A stretch of DNA of 64,000 nucleotides from the human T2T-CHM13v2.0 reference genome, Homo sapiens. The notes beneath the pieces were generated by a model, which was given only the letters and a program-made list of their open reading frames with translations, was not told the origin of the DNA and did not search any database. The position numbers and the translations under genes were made by a program. Each line of letters starts with the position of its first letter. Within the stretch, counting starts at the first letter, position 1. Location of the stretch: the NCBI RefSeq assembly GCF_009914755.1, contig NC_060938.1. One strand, 5' to 3'. Positions 29,481 to 41,088 of this stretch are shown in pieces.

Positions 29481-30539
29481 ACCTTTGAATGATGTGGTAG
29501 TTAGGAGTGCTAGCTCCATATGCAATCAAAAATGTGTGTATAACTTTTGACTCCCCCAAAACTTAACTACTAATAGCCTACTGTTGACCAGAAGCTTTAT
29601 GGATAACAAAAACAGTCTATTAACACATATTTTGTATGTTTGATGTATGATACTCTATATTTTTACAATAAATATTGTAAGTAAGAAAAGAAAAGAAAAT
29701 GTTATTAAGAAAATTATAAGGAAAAGAAAATACATTTAAAATACTGTACTGTATTTATTGACACCATAAGTTATGTTGTCTGCTTACAAGATGAATCCAA
29801 TATTTGAAATTGTGGGCAACCACAGCTGCAGACCTCAAAGTACACATCAAGCAATTCAACTTTCTTGTAATGTCATGACTTTTCTCTGCTTCTTGGGAGA
29901 ATATCCAAAATCACTAGTGGAACTTTGTATGGGTCCCGTCGTGTTATTCAAGGTTTACGGTATTGCATGAAACAAGATGAACAATATGCGAGAACTGAGA
30001 GAGATCACTTTTTACTGCTATCTGCAATTTATTGTAGAGATGAACTGCTCAAGCGGAGATGATTAGCATTACATGATATTGTAAGCGGATGCTCAGAACA
30101 CTTGAGCTCACCTCAATAGCAACAGGAGGTGGCTAAAAAAATATTACAGTGATACAGTGTGTACTACAGTTAATTTTATGCAGCTATGATTTAATACTGC
30201 ATCTTTACATTTCTTTACATTTCTCTTGACTGCAAATGGCACCATGTAAGGTCTCTAAGTGTTTGTGTACATAGGTTTTGATAAATTTTAACTTTTTGTA
30301 ATAGATTTGTGTGTATTTCATGGTAATAAATGATAAATTAGACTAGTATCTCCATAAATTTTATGCATTCATGGCATACCTTTTTCTTTTCTTTTCTTTT
30401 TGATATTCCTAGGCTGTGTGGTTATGCCAGTTTTTCCAAATTGTTGCAAATCTTAAAAAATTTCCCAATATATTTATTGGAAAAAATTCCCATATAAGTG
30501 TACCTCTGCAGTTCAAACTCATGTTGTCCAAGGGTCAAC
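29478..30539 (-). mobile_element. Tigger2b-like non-autonomous DNA transposon (~1.06 kb)
   Basis: End GTTCAAACTCATGTTGTCCAAGGGTCAAC; minus strand retains the transposase N-terminus relic KKQRKVMTLQE near 29860-29895. Confidence 0.88.
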
Positions 30540-30734
30540 ACCATAAATATTTAGGTTTTTAATTTTGTCTTATGTCAGTTTTCTAAGTACTTTGTTCATT
30601 TTATTTAGATTGTCCATAATATTCTCTTATTATCCTTTCAAAGTCTGTATGATCTCTAAGGCTATCCTATCACTCGTTCTTGGTTTTGTTTTCCTCTTTT
30701 TTTAGTTTTTAAATTAACTTTCCTAAGACTTTAC

Positions 30735-31702
30735 TGACAAACCTGAGAAAAACAAGCAATGAGCAAAATATTCTCTATTTAATGAATGTTGTTGAGAAAA
30801 CTGACTAGCCATATGCGGAAAACTGAAACTGAACCCCTTCATTACACCTTATACAAAAATTAACTCAAGATGGACTAAAGATTTAAATATAAGACCTAAA
30901 ACCATAAAAACCCCAAAAGAAAACCTAGGCAATATCATTCAGGACATAAGCATGGGCAAAGACTTCCTGATGAAAACACTAAAAGCAATGGCAACAAAAG
31001 CCAAAATTGACAAATGGGGTCTAATTATACTAAAAAGCTTCTGCACAGCAAAAGAAACTATCACCAGAGTGAACAGGCAACCTACAGAATGGGAGAACAT
31101 TTCTGCAATCGATCCATCTCACAAAGGGCTAATATCCAGAATCCACAAGGAACTTAAACAAATTTAGAAGAAAAAAACAACTCCATCAAAAAGAGGGCAA
31201 AGGATATGAACAGACACTTCTCAAAAGAAGACATGTGTGCATCCAACAAACATGAAAAAAAGCTCATCATCACTGGTCATTAGATACATGCAAATCAAAA
31301 CCACAATGAGATACCATTTCACGCCAATTAGAATTGCGACCATTAAAAAGTTAGTAAACAACAGATGCTGGAGAGGATGTGGAGAAATAGGAACATTTTT
31401 ACACAGTTGGTAGGAGTGTAAATTAGTTCAACCACTGTGGAAGACTGTGTGGAGATTCCTCAAGGATCTAGAACCAGAAATACCATTTGACCCAGCAATC
31501 CCATTTCTGGGCATATACCCAAAGGATTATAAAACATATAAGTGCCTGTGTCTACTATAAAGACACAGGCACTTATATGTTTATTGCGGCACTATTCACA
31601 ACAGCAAAGACTTGGAACCAACCCAAATGTCCATCAATGATAGACTGGATAAAGATAATGTGGCATATATACACCATGGAATACTATGCAGCCATAAAAA
31701 GG
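30735..31702 (+). mobile_element. Internal L1PA7/8-like ORF2 fragment lacking 3' UTR and poly(A)
   Basis: ORFs at 30952 (MGKDFLMKT...KAKIDKW) and 31487 (FIAALFTTAKTWNQPKCPS); ends abruptly at GCAGCCATAAAAAGG. Confidence 0.9.
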
Positions 31703-34700
31703 TGATTTCACTAATAATTTTAAAGAAAGTATTTTTGTATTTGTTCACCTTATTTGATGTTTGTCTTATACTTTATCAATTACTGCTCTTTATTTCATTT
31801 TTTGCTTATTTTGACTTTAGTTTGCCCTTCTTTTTTAAACTTCTTATAATAAAAATTCAGATAATTTTTAGACCTTTCTTCTTCTGTGATATAAGCATGT
31901 ATAGCTAGACATTCCTTTCTGTGCACTGCTCAAGTTGCAGTCTACAGATTTTGTTAAATTATGATTTCATTATCACTCAGTTCCAAATATTTTTAAATTT
32001 TCCTTATAATTTCTTTTTTACTTGGTCAGGTATTTAGAAATGTGTTACTTAATTTCCAAATATTAGGGACTTTTCTGGATATCTTATAATAATTAATCTC
32101 CAATTGAGCTTCACTATACTCAGGAAATAATGCCCTAGTATATGATCTATTTTGGTGAATGGTTCCCTTGAACTTAAAATACATGATTTCTGCAGTTTGG
32201 GAGTTTTATATTTTATAAATTCAATAAGCTCAATGTGGTTGATTTGTTTGTTAAAATCTCCTATATCTTACTGTTATTTTTATCTAGTTATTTTGTAAGT
32301 TCTTAAATTTTGCATTTCTCTCATAAAGTCCCTATGCATTTTGGGTTTTCCTAATAAATTGACTGTTAATATAAAATGCTCATCTTTTCTCAGATAACGT
32401 TCATTGTTTTGAAGTGTATTTTGTTTGTTATTAGCATAACCATTTCTTCTTTCTTATGGCTAGAGTTTACATGGTGTTTCTTTTTTTGTTCTTTTACTTT
32501 CAACCTAATTATCTTTGTATTCAAAGTTCATCTCTTGTAGCCATCACATAGTTTAGTTATGCTTTTAGGTCCAGTCTAGATATCTCTTTTATGCAGAGTA
32601 TTTAGCATATTTCTATTTAATGCAATTATTGATACTAAAGGGGTCTGGAATGGCGATAATTATTTTCACTATTCTTCCATACTAGTCCCTCATTTTTTTC
32701 CATTTTCTTATTTTTTAGGCTTTATTGGTATAGTTGGAAATAATTGATAAATAATGACAAAATAACCATCAGGACCATGGAAGAGCCAAATACTTTAGAT
32801 ATATAAAAAATAGAACCTCTAATATTCTGTCATATATTTTAAATTTATAAATGATTTCAATGAACTCTTGTGCTAATTGCAAGATAGAGTGGGTTTTATT
32901 GGATGAAAATATTTCAGAATGCTTTGTTTTATAGAGGGTTTCTAAGATAATAAAAGCCATATGATATCAGTTTTTCCAAACTGATACAACTTTTCAGAAT
33001 AGAAATTTAAAAAGTAAAATGTCACCTAATAGACCCAAATTTTGTATCAATGTTTAAAGTGCTTATTCGTCAATTCGATAATCTGGGTCATTTCTGAGGC
33101 AGCTTATATTTACTGCTTTATTTTTTCTTGAGTACAATTACATTATCCTATCTCTTGGTGTATCTAGTAATCTTTGATTGTATCCTAGATATTTTAGTGA
33201 TGCATTGTAGAGACACTAGATTTAATTATGTTCTTATAAGAAGCAGTAGTTTCATTTCTAGCAGGTAGTTAATTTGGCTGGAATAAAACTCTCAATCCTT
33301 TTTTCCCATAGTGATTAGCATCTCAAATGTCCCCTTCAATTCTTTTGTATTTCAACTGCTGCTTTAGCCAGACCTCCTGGAATCACTCTCAAATGTGCAT
33401 AAACAGTTCAGGAGTTGGCCAAGGATTGAGCAGTCTCCCTGCTTTTCAGGATTTTCCCCCTTATTATTTATAAGCCATGCTGGCAGTCCTAAAGCCTTTA
33501 CTCTTACACATGAAGCCAGCAAGACAATGGATTTCTCCTGGACTGTGCTTCACAGACTGGAGAATTTTCCCAGGCAAAAAGCCACAAGCATACTAATCTC
33601 ACCCAATTCGGTTTCTATCTTTCAAGAAGAGACGTCTTTCTAGTTTTTGCTTGCTATTGGTTGCTCTCCAGTGGCTTCAAATGGGTTACTTATTCTTTCT
33701 CTTACAGATTTTATCATTGTTATTGTGAGAGCTCAATCAGGCTATTCTACCATTACTGAAAGCCAAAACATAGCTGTTTTGATTTCTAGCTTCAGAAACT
33801 AAAATTTTTATTTCTGTAAGTCCTATATGGTTACCTTCTAATATTATTGTTTTATTGCAAGACTCCATTGTTTTCTCATAGCTTTAGTTTTTCCGTGACT
33901 CTAATATTTTCAAACACCCTTATTTTAAGAATGTTTTGACATCTCTTATAAGGCTATGGCTTTACATCTTGCCCCAATGTGGGCATTTAACATCCAGCCT
34001 CTAAGGCCTATAGGCAGGTTCAGCCCTTGTAAGTCACCAAAACTTCAGCTCCACCTTATAATTGGCTATATGTTCCCACTTCATTTCTAAAACCTAGAAC
34101 ATTCTCTTCCTTCGAACTAAGCTATGCACTTTTACCTTTTATTTGTTATGCTCGATCTTGTGTTTGTGATTTCTTAGTAGGAGGAGGGAGGTGGCTTCTT
34201 ACCTTTGTATGAAATAAGGCTCCAAGTGTATTGTTAAGAACAAAGCAGATATTGAATATAAGAATTAATGGCTATATACTTACAAACATAAAAATTCAGA
34301 AATTTTGTGATATAATACATTTCAAAAGTGGACCCTTAAAAAGCAGATACATTTTCTTGCTCTAGGGGGTATCCATTTTATCAATCACATCCAACTCTAA
34401 GTACGTTGTTAGTATAAACCTGCATGGATTCCTAATTTTATTTCTATCAGTGGTGAGAAAAGAGTGCATTCTAGTCTCTGCTGACTGGAAGTCTTATAGC
34501 ACAAGAGTTACAAAGACTGTGCTGTCTGTTTCATGGGCAACTTTACCAACATTCCGTGGCAACCACAATGGGAATGACTCTGACTCTACCACAATTTGCA
34601 GAGCTTAGGGGAATCCTCATCGATGCTCTACTGATACTTCTGTACCCTACAATTCCTTGTTTTCAATTTCTCCAATTCCTTTGGAAGACTGGGCCAATGG

Positions 34701-35204
34701 AATGTTGAAATTTCCAGTAACCCAAAACCGCCACAGTCTGTCACACTTCAAACCCGGGGCTGTGCATCCAACCGAGAATTCAAAACATTATTTTCACACT
34801 TCACTTCTGACCAAAGGAAATGTGGTATGCTGGCTTTAGCTTTGAATTTCAATCAATTTAATTCAAAATATATGAAATCAAAATGTATTTCCAGAACATC
34901 TGAGAGAGTCACCAAGTGCCTAGCTGCTTCTACTCTGTCCTGGAGAAGCTGCTTCTTATTTTGCATGTTTAAAGTCCCTGTTTGAAGTTCATCCATGGGG
35001 CTCAAGTTCTGGCTTGGCTTTCATTCCATGCCACATTTTACACTCACTTTTCATTTCACATGAAAACCAGGGGCAGGAGAACAAATGGGGATTGTGGTAA
35101 AAAGGGGTTAGAATCATGTCCCTGGTGAACAAAGCCAAATCAGAATTTTCCCTGTAAGGTTGAAATCAGACTCCAAGGGATGAAATAGATATTTATTGGA
35201 AGAA

Positions 35205-35450
35205 ACATCATTTATTGAACACCTATTATATGCATCATGTTAAGGTCCCATGTTAGAGGAAAGTTAAATTGCAGGTTTTGTGCCTAAGCAAGAGCCAGAC
35301 AAGTAACCAGTAATTAGGATAAAATGTGCTGAATAAAGAATTCTAGGAGCACATGAATACAGAGGAACATTGAGGAAGACTTAGGAAAAGACCAAGCATT
35401 CCAGTTGGGTTTTGAATCACAAGCAAAGGTTTGCCTGGCACTGGTAGGAG
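35205..35450 (-). mobile_element. L2 3' end
   Basis: CATTTATTGAACACCTATTATATGC. Confidence 0.65.
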
Positions 35451-35529
35451 AGGAGGCAGTAGAAAACTAAAGCCATGGGTGCCCAGGGTGGTGATGAGTG
35501 GCTAGATCTGATCTAGATGTTCAAACCCA

Positions 35530-35546
35530 TGAGTCAGGGGCGGGGC
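35530..35546 (+). promoter_or_regulatory. Abutting AP-1 site and GC box
   Basis: TGAGTCA immediately followed by GGGGCGGGGC; both are perfect consensus matches. Confidence 0.4.
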
Positions 35547-35651
35547 TGGTCTTGCTTGGCCGAGACCAAGGTAAAGGGACTCTTAAGTAAGCAAAACCAG
35601 GCACCGAGAACCAAACACGGAGGGCAAAGTAAAATCTGTCACTTTTTGGAT

Positions 35652-35921
35652 AACAATAATAGCAATGCAGTTAACTTGTTATTGAACACATGCCATGTGC
35701 CAGGCCGTATTTGAATCCTCTGCATGCATTAGCTTATTCAATTTTTCTGCCCATCCTGGGGGGTATGTACTAACACTCTCATTCCCATTTTAGAGACAAA
35801 GAAACTGATTCAGAGAAAGGGAAAGCATCCCCAAAGATCACATAGATTACGAGTGGCAGAGACAGGATAGACTCAAACTTGTGATGCCAGAGTCAATGTC
35901 CTTAATTGCTACCTTACATTG
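35652..35921 (-). mobile_element. MIR, near full length
   Basis: CCCATTTTAGAGACAAAGAAACTGATTCAGAGA and CCAAAGATCACATAG. Confidence 0.8.
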
Positions 35922-36701
35922 TTTCCCTGGGGGGCACTCTGAGTTAGAATAGTCTAGGGTGAGAGCCAGGCACATGGACCTTTAACAACCCCACAGGTGA
36001 ATCAGATGTGCAACTCACTCTCACAGAGGGATCTGAGTTCACATAGTTAGAAGAGAGCCCACAAAAAGTAAAATCAAAGGAGTCAAGGGGAGGGTAACCC
36101 GTTGGATGAGAGAGCCAAGAGGTCAGAATCCCACAAGGATGGGATTGGAACAAAGGGAACCAGGGATGTTTAAGGGCAATGGGAGGGTTATTTGTCCTGA
36201 GCGATTGTCCTGAGTGCTCAGCCGCAGCCTCGTGTAGTAGGCTGTGTTCAGGATGCGGGCCTTTAGTAAAGATTCTGGAGCTAACAGCTCCTGTGGGTGA
36301 CGATGAGTAAGCTGCAGTGGAGAAGCCCGGGGACAGGGACTGCTCAGAAGGCAGAGGTTTCAAGGTCTCATGGAGATGAGATCCACTTCCCAGGTTATGT
36401 ACTGATGGGGGTGGTGGTGACAGACCCAGGTTATGGAGGCTACTGGATGAAGAGTGCATTCTAGTCTCTGCTGACCTTAGACGCTGGTTCTAAGTAGTTC
36501 ATTCATAGTAGAAACTCTGCTCTTTTGGACCTGTCTGATCAACCTAAGGGAAAAGGATGGAATATAGTCCTAGCATAGAACCAGCGTGTTGTGCAGGGAA
36601 ACTGAGGCCCAGTCTCCTAACTTCAGATAAGGTGGCATGAAGGAGGGAAGGGATTTGGTGAGCAGGCCAGTCCTAGGGGTCCATTCAGGAAAGCCAACTT
36701 C

Positions 36702-36812
36702 CAGGGCCAGTATGTACAGCTGTGTGAGTGCATAATTCCAGGGATAAGAATGTTCATGTTGTGCTTGGCGTGGTGCAGTGCATAACCTGCACAACTGTAT
36801 ATGATGATCCTC
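36702..36812. mobile_element. MER91-like hAT-Tip100 MITE
   Basis: CAGGGCCAGTATGTACAGCTGTG and GTGCATAACCTGCACAACTGTATATG form inverted ends. Confidence 0.6.
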
Positions 36813-37058
36813 CTTGGAATTCACGCTACCACAATTCTGGTCCCTACTTATTGGTAGGAATGATGACTTGCTAATCCCAGTGACAGGCCGGTCCCAATTC
36901 TACATTCTCCAAGGCTGATCTCAGGAACTGGAGAAGGCTGAGGGCTGAGGTCATGATGGAGAATTGACTTCTCGAAGGGATGTTTGAGGGATGAATAGCA
37001 AACATTTCTTATCTTTGCAGCTCTTGAAGGTGTGTAGCTACCTTTGTAAACCCAATGG

Positions 37059-38036
37059 CAGAACCAACTGTATAATTTAGTTCCTGGTGCAAAATAAAAC
37101 TGTGAACCCCTTACTTGAAAAGCAGGAAAAAAGTATTATTAAAGGGACTAAAGCATAAGCCGTTTTCATTTTTTTCAGCAGATTCTCTCATTTTGTAGTG
37201 TTTTTTATTTGTATTTTTCATGTTTTTCTAACTAAAAAATAAGCTTTAAATTATTAGCGTGGATTTTACTGTTTATGTTGTGCCATGACAATTTTAAATT
37301 TGGCTATAGTAGCAATTAACTCTTACATAAAATTACCCAAATTTCACAGTTCATATGTTGCAGTTCCTATGTGTCCATGAATTTAGTTCTTACCAGGACA
37401 CTGGAAATGCTGCACGAAACAAGCTCACCTGTTTTCCTTTCACTTCTTGGTACGTGCACGTTTCATCCGCACTCTTTACCTTCCTCTCACAGGGAATGAG
37501 GGGGACCGAGAGGAACGGGAAATCTGGGCCCTGCCCTCCCCTTTCCTCCTAAACACCAATTTCAATGGGCATAGTTGGCCAATGCAGGGAAGCAACACGA
37601 GTAAGGAAGGATGTGAGGGGGTCCCTTGCCCTGGTGTCTGTTAGAATCCTGGTGCCTTCTTTCTTCATTTGATGCAAATCCTGGTTTGGATAGAAAATAT
37701 GACTTACCTTGGACTCACTTTGAGCCTCTCTGAACTCCCATGCTGGCGGGTCCCTCACAATTCCACATTCATGGGGCATCTGGGGCATCATGAGCATGCT
37801 GCATTAATGGGCAGCAAGGAAAGGTGAACACACCCATTGCACTTCCCTCCTCCGCTCACGGACACGCTCCAGTGTGCCATCAGATTTCACCTGCAAAACA
37901 CAAGTTCAAAGATCAAATTGCTGTGACTCTGAAGACAATGACAAGAGAGCATTAAACCAAGTGCCCAAATGCAGGCCCGTCGGAGCACAGGACCCTGTGG
38001 GACAGCCCAGGTCATGTGCCCATAAGGCTGGCTGTG
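37059..38036 (-). mobile_element. MER45B-like hAT-Tip100 element (~1 kb)
   Basis: AGAGCATTAAACCAAG through CAGGTCATGTGCCCATAAGGCTGGC is the reversed MER45 5' end; GGTGCAAAATAAAA at the other end. Confidence 0.75.
37708..37890 (-). ncRNA. Candidate internal exon (183 nt) within MER45B
   Basis: Acceptor cttgtgttttgcag|GTG and donor AAG|GTAAGT. Confidence 0.45.
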
Positions 38037-38585
38037 TCCAGAGGCACCCAATCCCTCACCTGTCTGCTCCATGACCCTCAGAACCACATCACAAGGACCA
38101 CCTCACAGATTGCAGCTCCTCGGCACTTAGACTTTTTTGAAGGTGGTAAGAAAGATATTCATCCTATTGAACAATGGATCATGCATCTTTGAAGCCAAAA
38201 TTATCTTAGTTATTATTTGCACTAACAATTTCCAAAGTGTTTTGGTTTGTTCATTTGTTTATATGTGGATGGAATTTTCCTTCACATCAATTCTTACATT
38301 ATTTCAATGTATGAAATACAGAAGGTGATGCTTCCACTAGAGCAGGGTTGAAGCCAGAGCCTCACTCGTTTGCTCGTTGATCCCAAAGCCACCTCCTGCA
38401 CTTGTGCATGACTCTGGCAGATACAGATGGAAAAAAAAAAAAAAAACCAGAACTGATCTGATCCATGCAACTTTGTAATTATATGTAATACTAAAGAAAT
38501 GTTAAACTAGACAGGAAGAAGTTACCTGGTCAAATCCCACAGCCATTTATAGACATACTGCTTCTTATGGTCAGGTCCCCCATAT

Positions 38586-38770
38586 CAATGGTTCTGAAAG
38601 TAATGTCCCAGAGCCAGCAGGACCAGCAGCACCTGGGAACTTTTAGAGATGAAAATTATTGGGCCCCTTCCAGACCTAGTGAATCAGAAACTCTGAAGTG
38701 GGGTCCAGTTACCCGTATTTAAATAAGCCCTCGAGATTATTATACACATGCTCAGGTCTGAGAACCACTG
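38586..38770. mobile_element. MER5A (hAT-Charlie MITE)
   Basis: CAATGGTTCT, GAATCAGAAACTCTG and TGAGAACCACTG. Confidence 0.85.
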
Positions 38771-39534
38771 GCTTTTATATTCCACTTCACTAATGCCTAA
38801 TCATCTCTCGGGCAGAAAACATGCCCGGAGCTGCTCTGGTCCACTGAGGGACAGTTCAAATCACAGACCATGCACAGCTGCTGAGACCACGTGCTATGAA
38901 TGTGGTCACTGTTCTGTGAGGCTCCCACTCCTGCTGCATTTCCAGAAACACCTTGGGCCAGTGGAGAAGAGCAGCGGGGCCAGCCCATGGCCACATCTCA
39001 CTGTGTGCCATGTGAGCAGGATCCTTCTCTTTAGCTCCTGCATTGAAGCCACAGAAGAACTTGCACCCTGCTCTTGTGAAGGAGAGGAGTGGTGGGAAGT
39101 TCCTCAGTATACTCATTGCATTTCAGTCTATCCTTACCTAGACCTCTGGCCAAGTCTAGGTAAATAAAGTGGGTGATGTTGTGGTGTTCCCCCCTTTCAC
39201 TTTTTTGAGCTTTAAATTAGGAGTCAGTGGAAGGCTTCAATCTCAACAGCAGAAAGCCCATAGCTGAGGACTGTCATTCTTCCTTGATGACTCTCAATGG
39301 ACCCACAAGAAAAATGGCAGATGGAATCCATGTGCCTTCTCAGAATAGTCCCTCAATAGAACCGAGGTCTTTCTTCACAGAGGACATTGTGTGGGTGAGA
39401 TGAGACGAGGAGAACCTCATTCCTTACCCTAAGTAAGTAAGTACTCATGTCCATGCCTGTGGCAGGAGGGGTGGGTTGGGAGGGTGTGGGAGAATGAGCC
39501 CATGTGTGTCTCTCTTTGGCTGTTCTCTTTCCCA

Positions 39535-40450
39535 TTTTTTAAATTGTGTTAAAGTGCACATAACATTTATCATCTTAATCTTTTTTTTTTTTTTTTTTTT
39601 TTTGAGACAGAGTCTCACACTATCCCCCAGGCTGGAGTGCAATGGCGCTAGCTCGGCTCACTGCAACCTCCACTTCCCGGTTTATAAGCAATTCTCCTGC
39701 CTCAGCACCTCAGCCTCTCAAGAAGCTGGGACTACAGGCATGTGCCACCATGCCTGACTAATTTTTGTATTTTTAGTAGAGACAGGTTTTGCCATGTTGG
39801 CCAGGCTGGTCTTGAACACCTGACCTCAGGTGATCCAACCAACTTGGCCTCCCAAAGTGTTGGGATTACAGGCGTGAGCCAGCATGCCCTGCCATCTTAA
39901 TCATTCATAAGCATGCAGATCGGGGGTATTAAATACATTCATGCTGTTGTGCGACCATCACCACCATCCATCCACAGAAGTCTTTTAATCTTATAAAACC
40001 GAAAGTGTGTCCCCGTGAACAGAAACTCCTCATTTCCCTCTCTCCCCAGACCCCAGTAACCACCATCCTACTTTGTAGCTGTATGAATTTGACCTCTCTA
40101 AGTACCACATGTAAGTGGTATCATACAGTATTTGCCTTTTCTGGCTTATTTAACTTAGCATAACGTCCTCAAGTTTTACCCACGTTGCAGCACTTGTCAA
40201 AATTTCTTTCCTTTTAAAGGCTAAGTAGAATTGTATTATATGTATGTATCACATTTTGCTTATCCGTTCATGTATCAATGAACCCTTGGGTGGTTTCCAT
40301 GCTTTAGTTGTTGTGAATAACGCTGCTCTGGACATGGTTATACAGACACCTCTTCCAGACCCTGATTTTAATTCTTTTGGGTATATACCCAGAAATAGAA
40401 TTGCTGAATTATACGGTAATTCTATTTTTAGTTTTTTTGAGAAACTGTCT
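39535..40450 (-). mobile_element. L1MB-type 3' end split by an Alu
   Basis: ACCATCACCACCATCCATC and GTAACCACCATCCTACTTT match the L1MB 3' UTR. Confidence 0.82.
39581..39893 (-). mobile_element. AluSx-like
   Basis: Alu dimer; TSD ATCTTAATC at 39572-39580 and 39894-39902. Confidence 0.9.
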
Positions 40451-41088
40451 TTGGCTGCATTTTAGGGTCAGCCAGAAACTCCTGTTTTAAACACAAATAT
40501 TCATAAATATACAAACTTACAATGTGCCCACAAAAATTAAAAATAAAAAATAATAAACTGAAAAGCACAAATATTTTCACTATAAGATGCCTATGGAGTC
40601 TGTGCTCCTTTCATGACTTTGTGTCTCCTTTTTCTCATTTCGTTTATGGTGGGGCAAGTCACTCTAGATGCTGCAAGAGACAAATCACCAATCTCAATTC
40701 TTTGGTTCTGTATGTGGGAGAGAAAGAGATAGAGAGGTGAAGAATGGATACTTGCTCCTAACTTCCTCAGACCATAAGAGGCAAGGTCACTTCTGTTCAC
40801 ATTCCGAATGGTGAGACTCTCGATACACAGCCCCGATGTAATCAGAAAGAAGGTTGAGAAGCATGGCCTTCCTGCATGCCCAGGGCAGAAAATGGAATGG
40901 TCTGGTGAACACATAGTGTTAGTTTTACCATGCTTTTCCATTGTCGAGAGGCTGAGAATTCAAAGAAAAATTAACAAACAGAACAATTGCAAATAGTGCA
41001 TTTGCAGGCTTATGGTCGAGCCCTTCAGAGATGTGCTGTTCTTGGCAGACTGTGTTTTTAGGCAATGTTGACTTTTGCATTAACTTAC

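Larger units (their letters stand above)
21440..33770 (-). mobile_element. Long ancient L1ME-type element hosting nested L1PA8, Tigger2b and an L1PA fragment
   Basis: L1ME 3' UTR at 21440-22480; colinear decayed ORF2 resumes at 27628, 30540 and 31703; L1ME-like 5' region at ~33060-33770. Confidence 0.7.
35190..36543 (-). ncRNA. Candidate terminal exon of a minus-strand transcript
   Basis: Acceptor ccatccttttcccttag|G at 36544; nearest minus-strand AATAAA seen at 35216-35211 and 35197-35192. Confidence 0.25.

Noticed and set aside
35944-36459. 171-aa minus-strand ORF with an HNLG repeat
   Set aside because: The repeat reflects the local CCCAGGTTATG duplication; it runs into a MER5-like fragment; no recognisable homology
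38748-39167. 139-aa Cys/His-rich ORF resembling a zinc finger
   Set aside because: Starts inside MER5A; the Cys/His spacing fits no finger family
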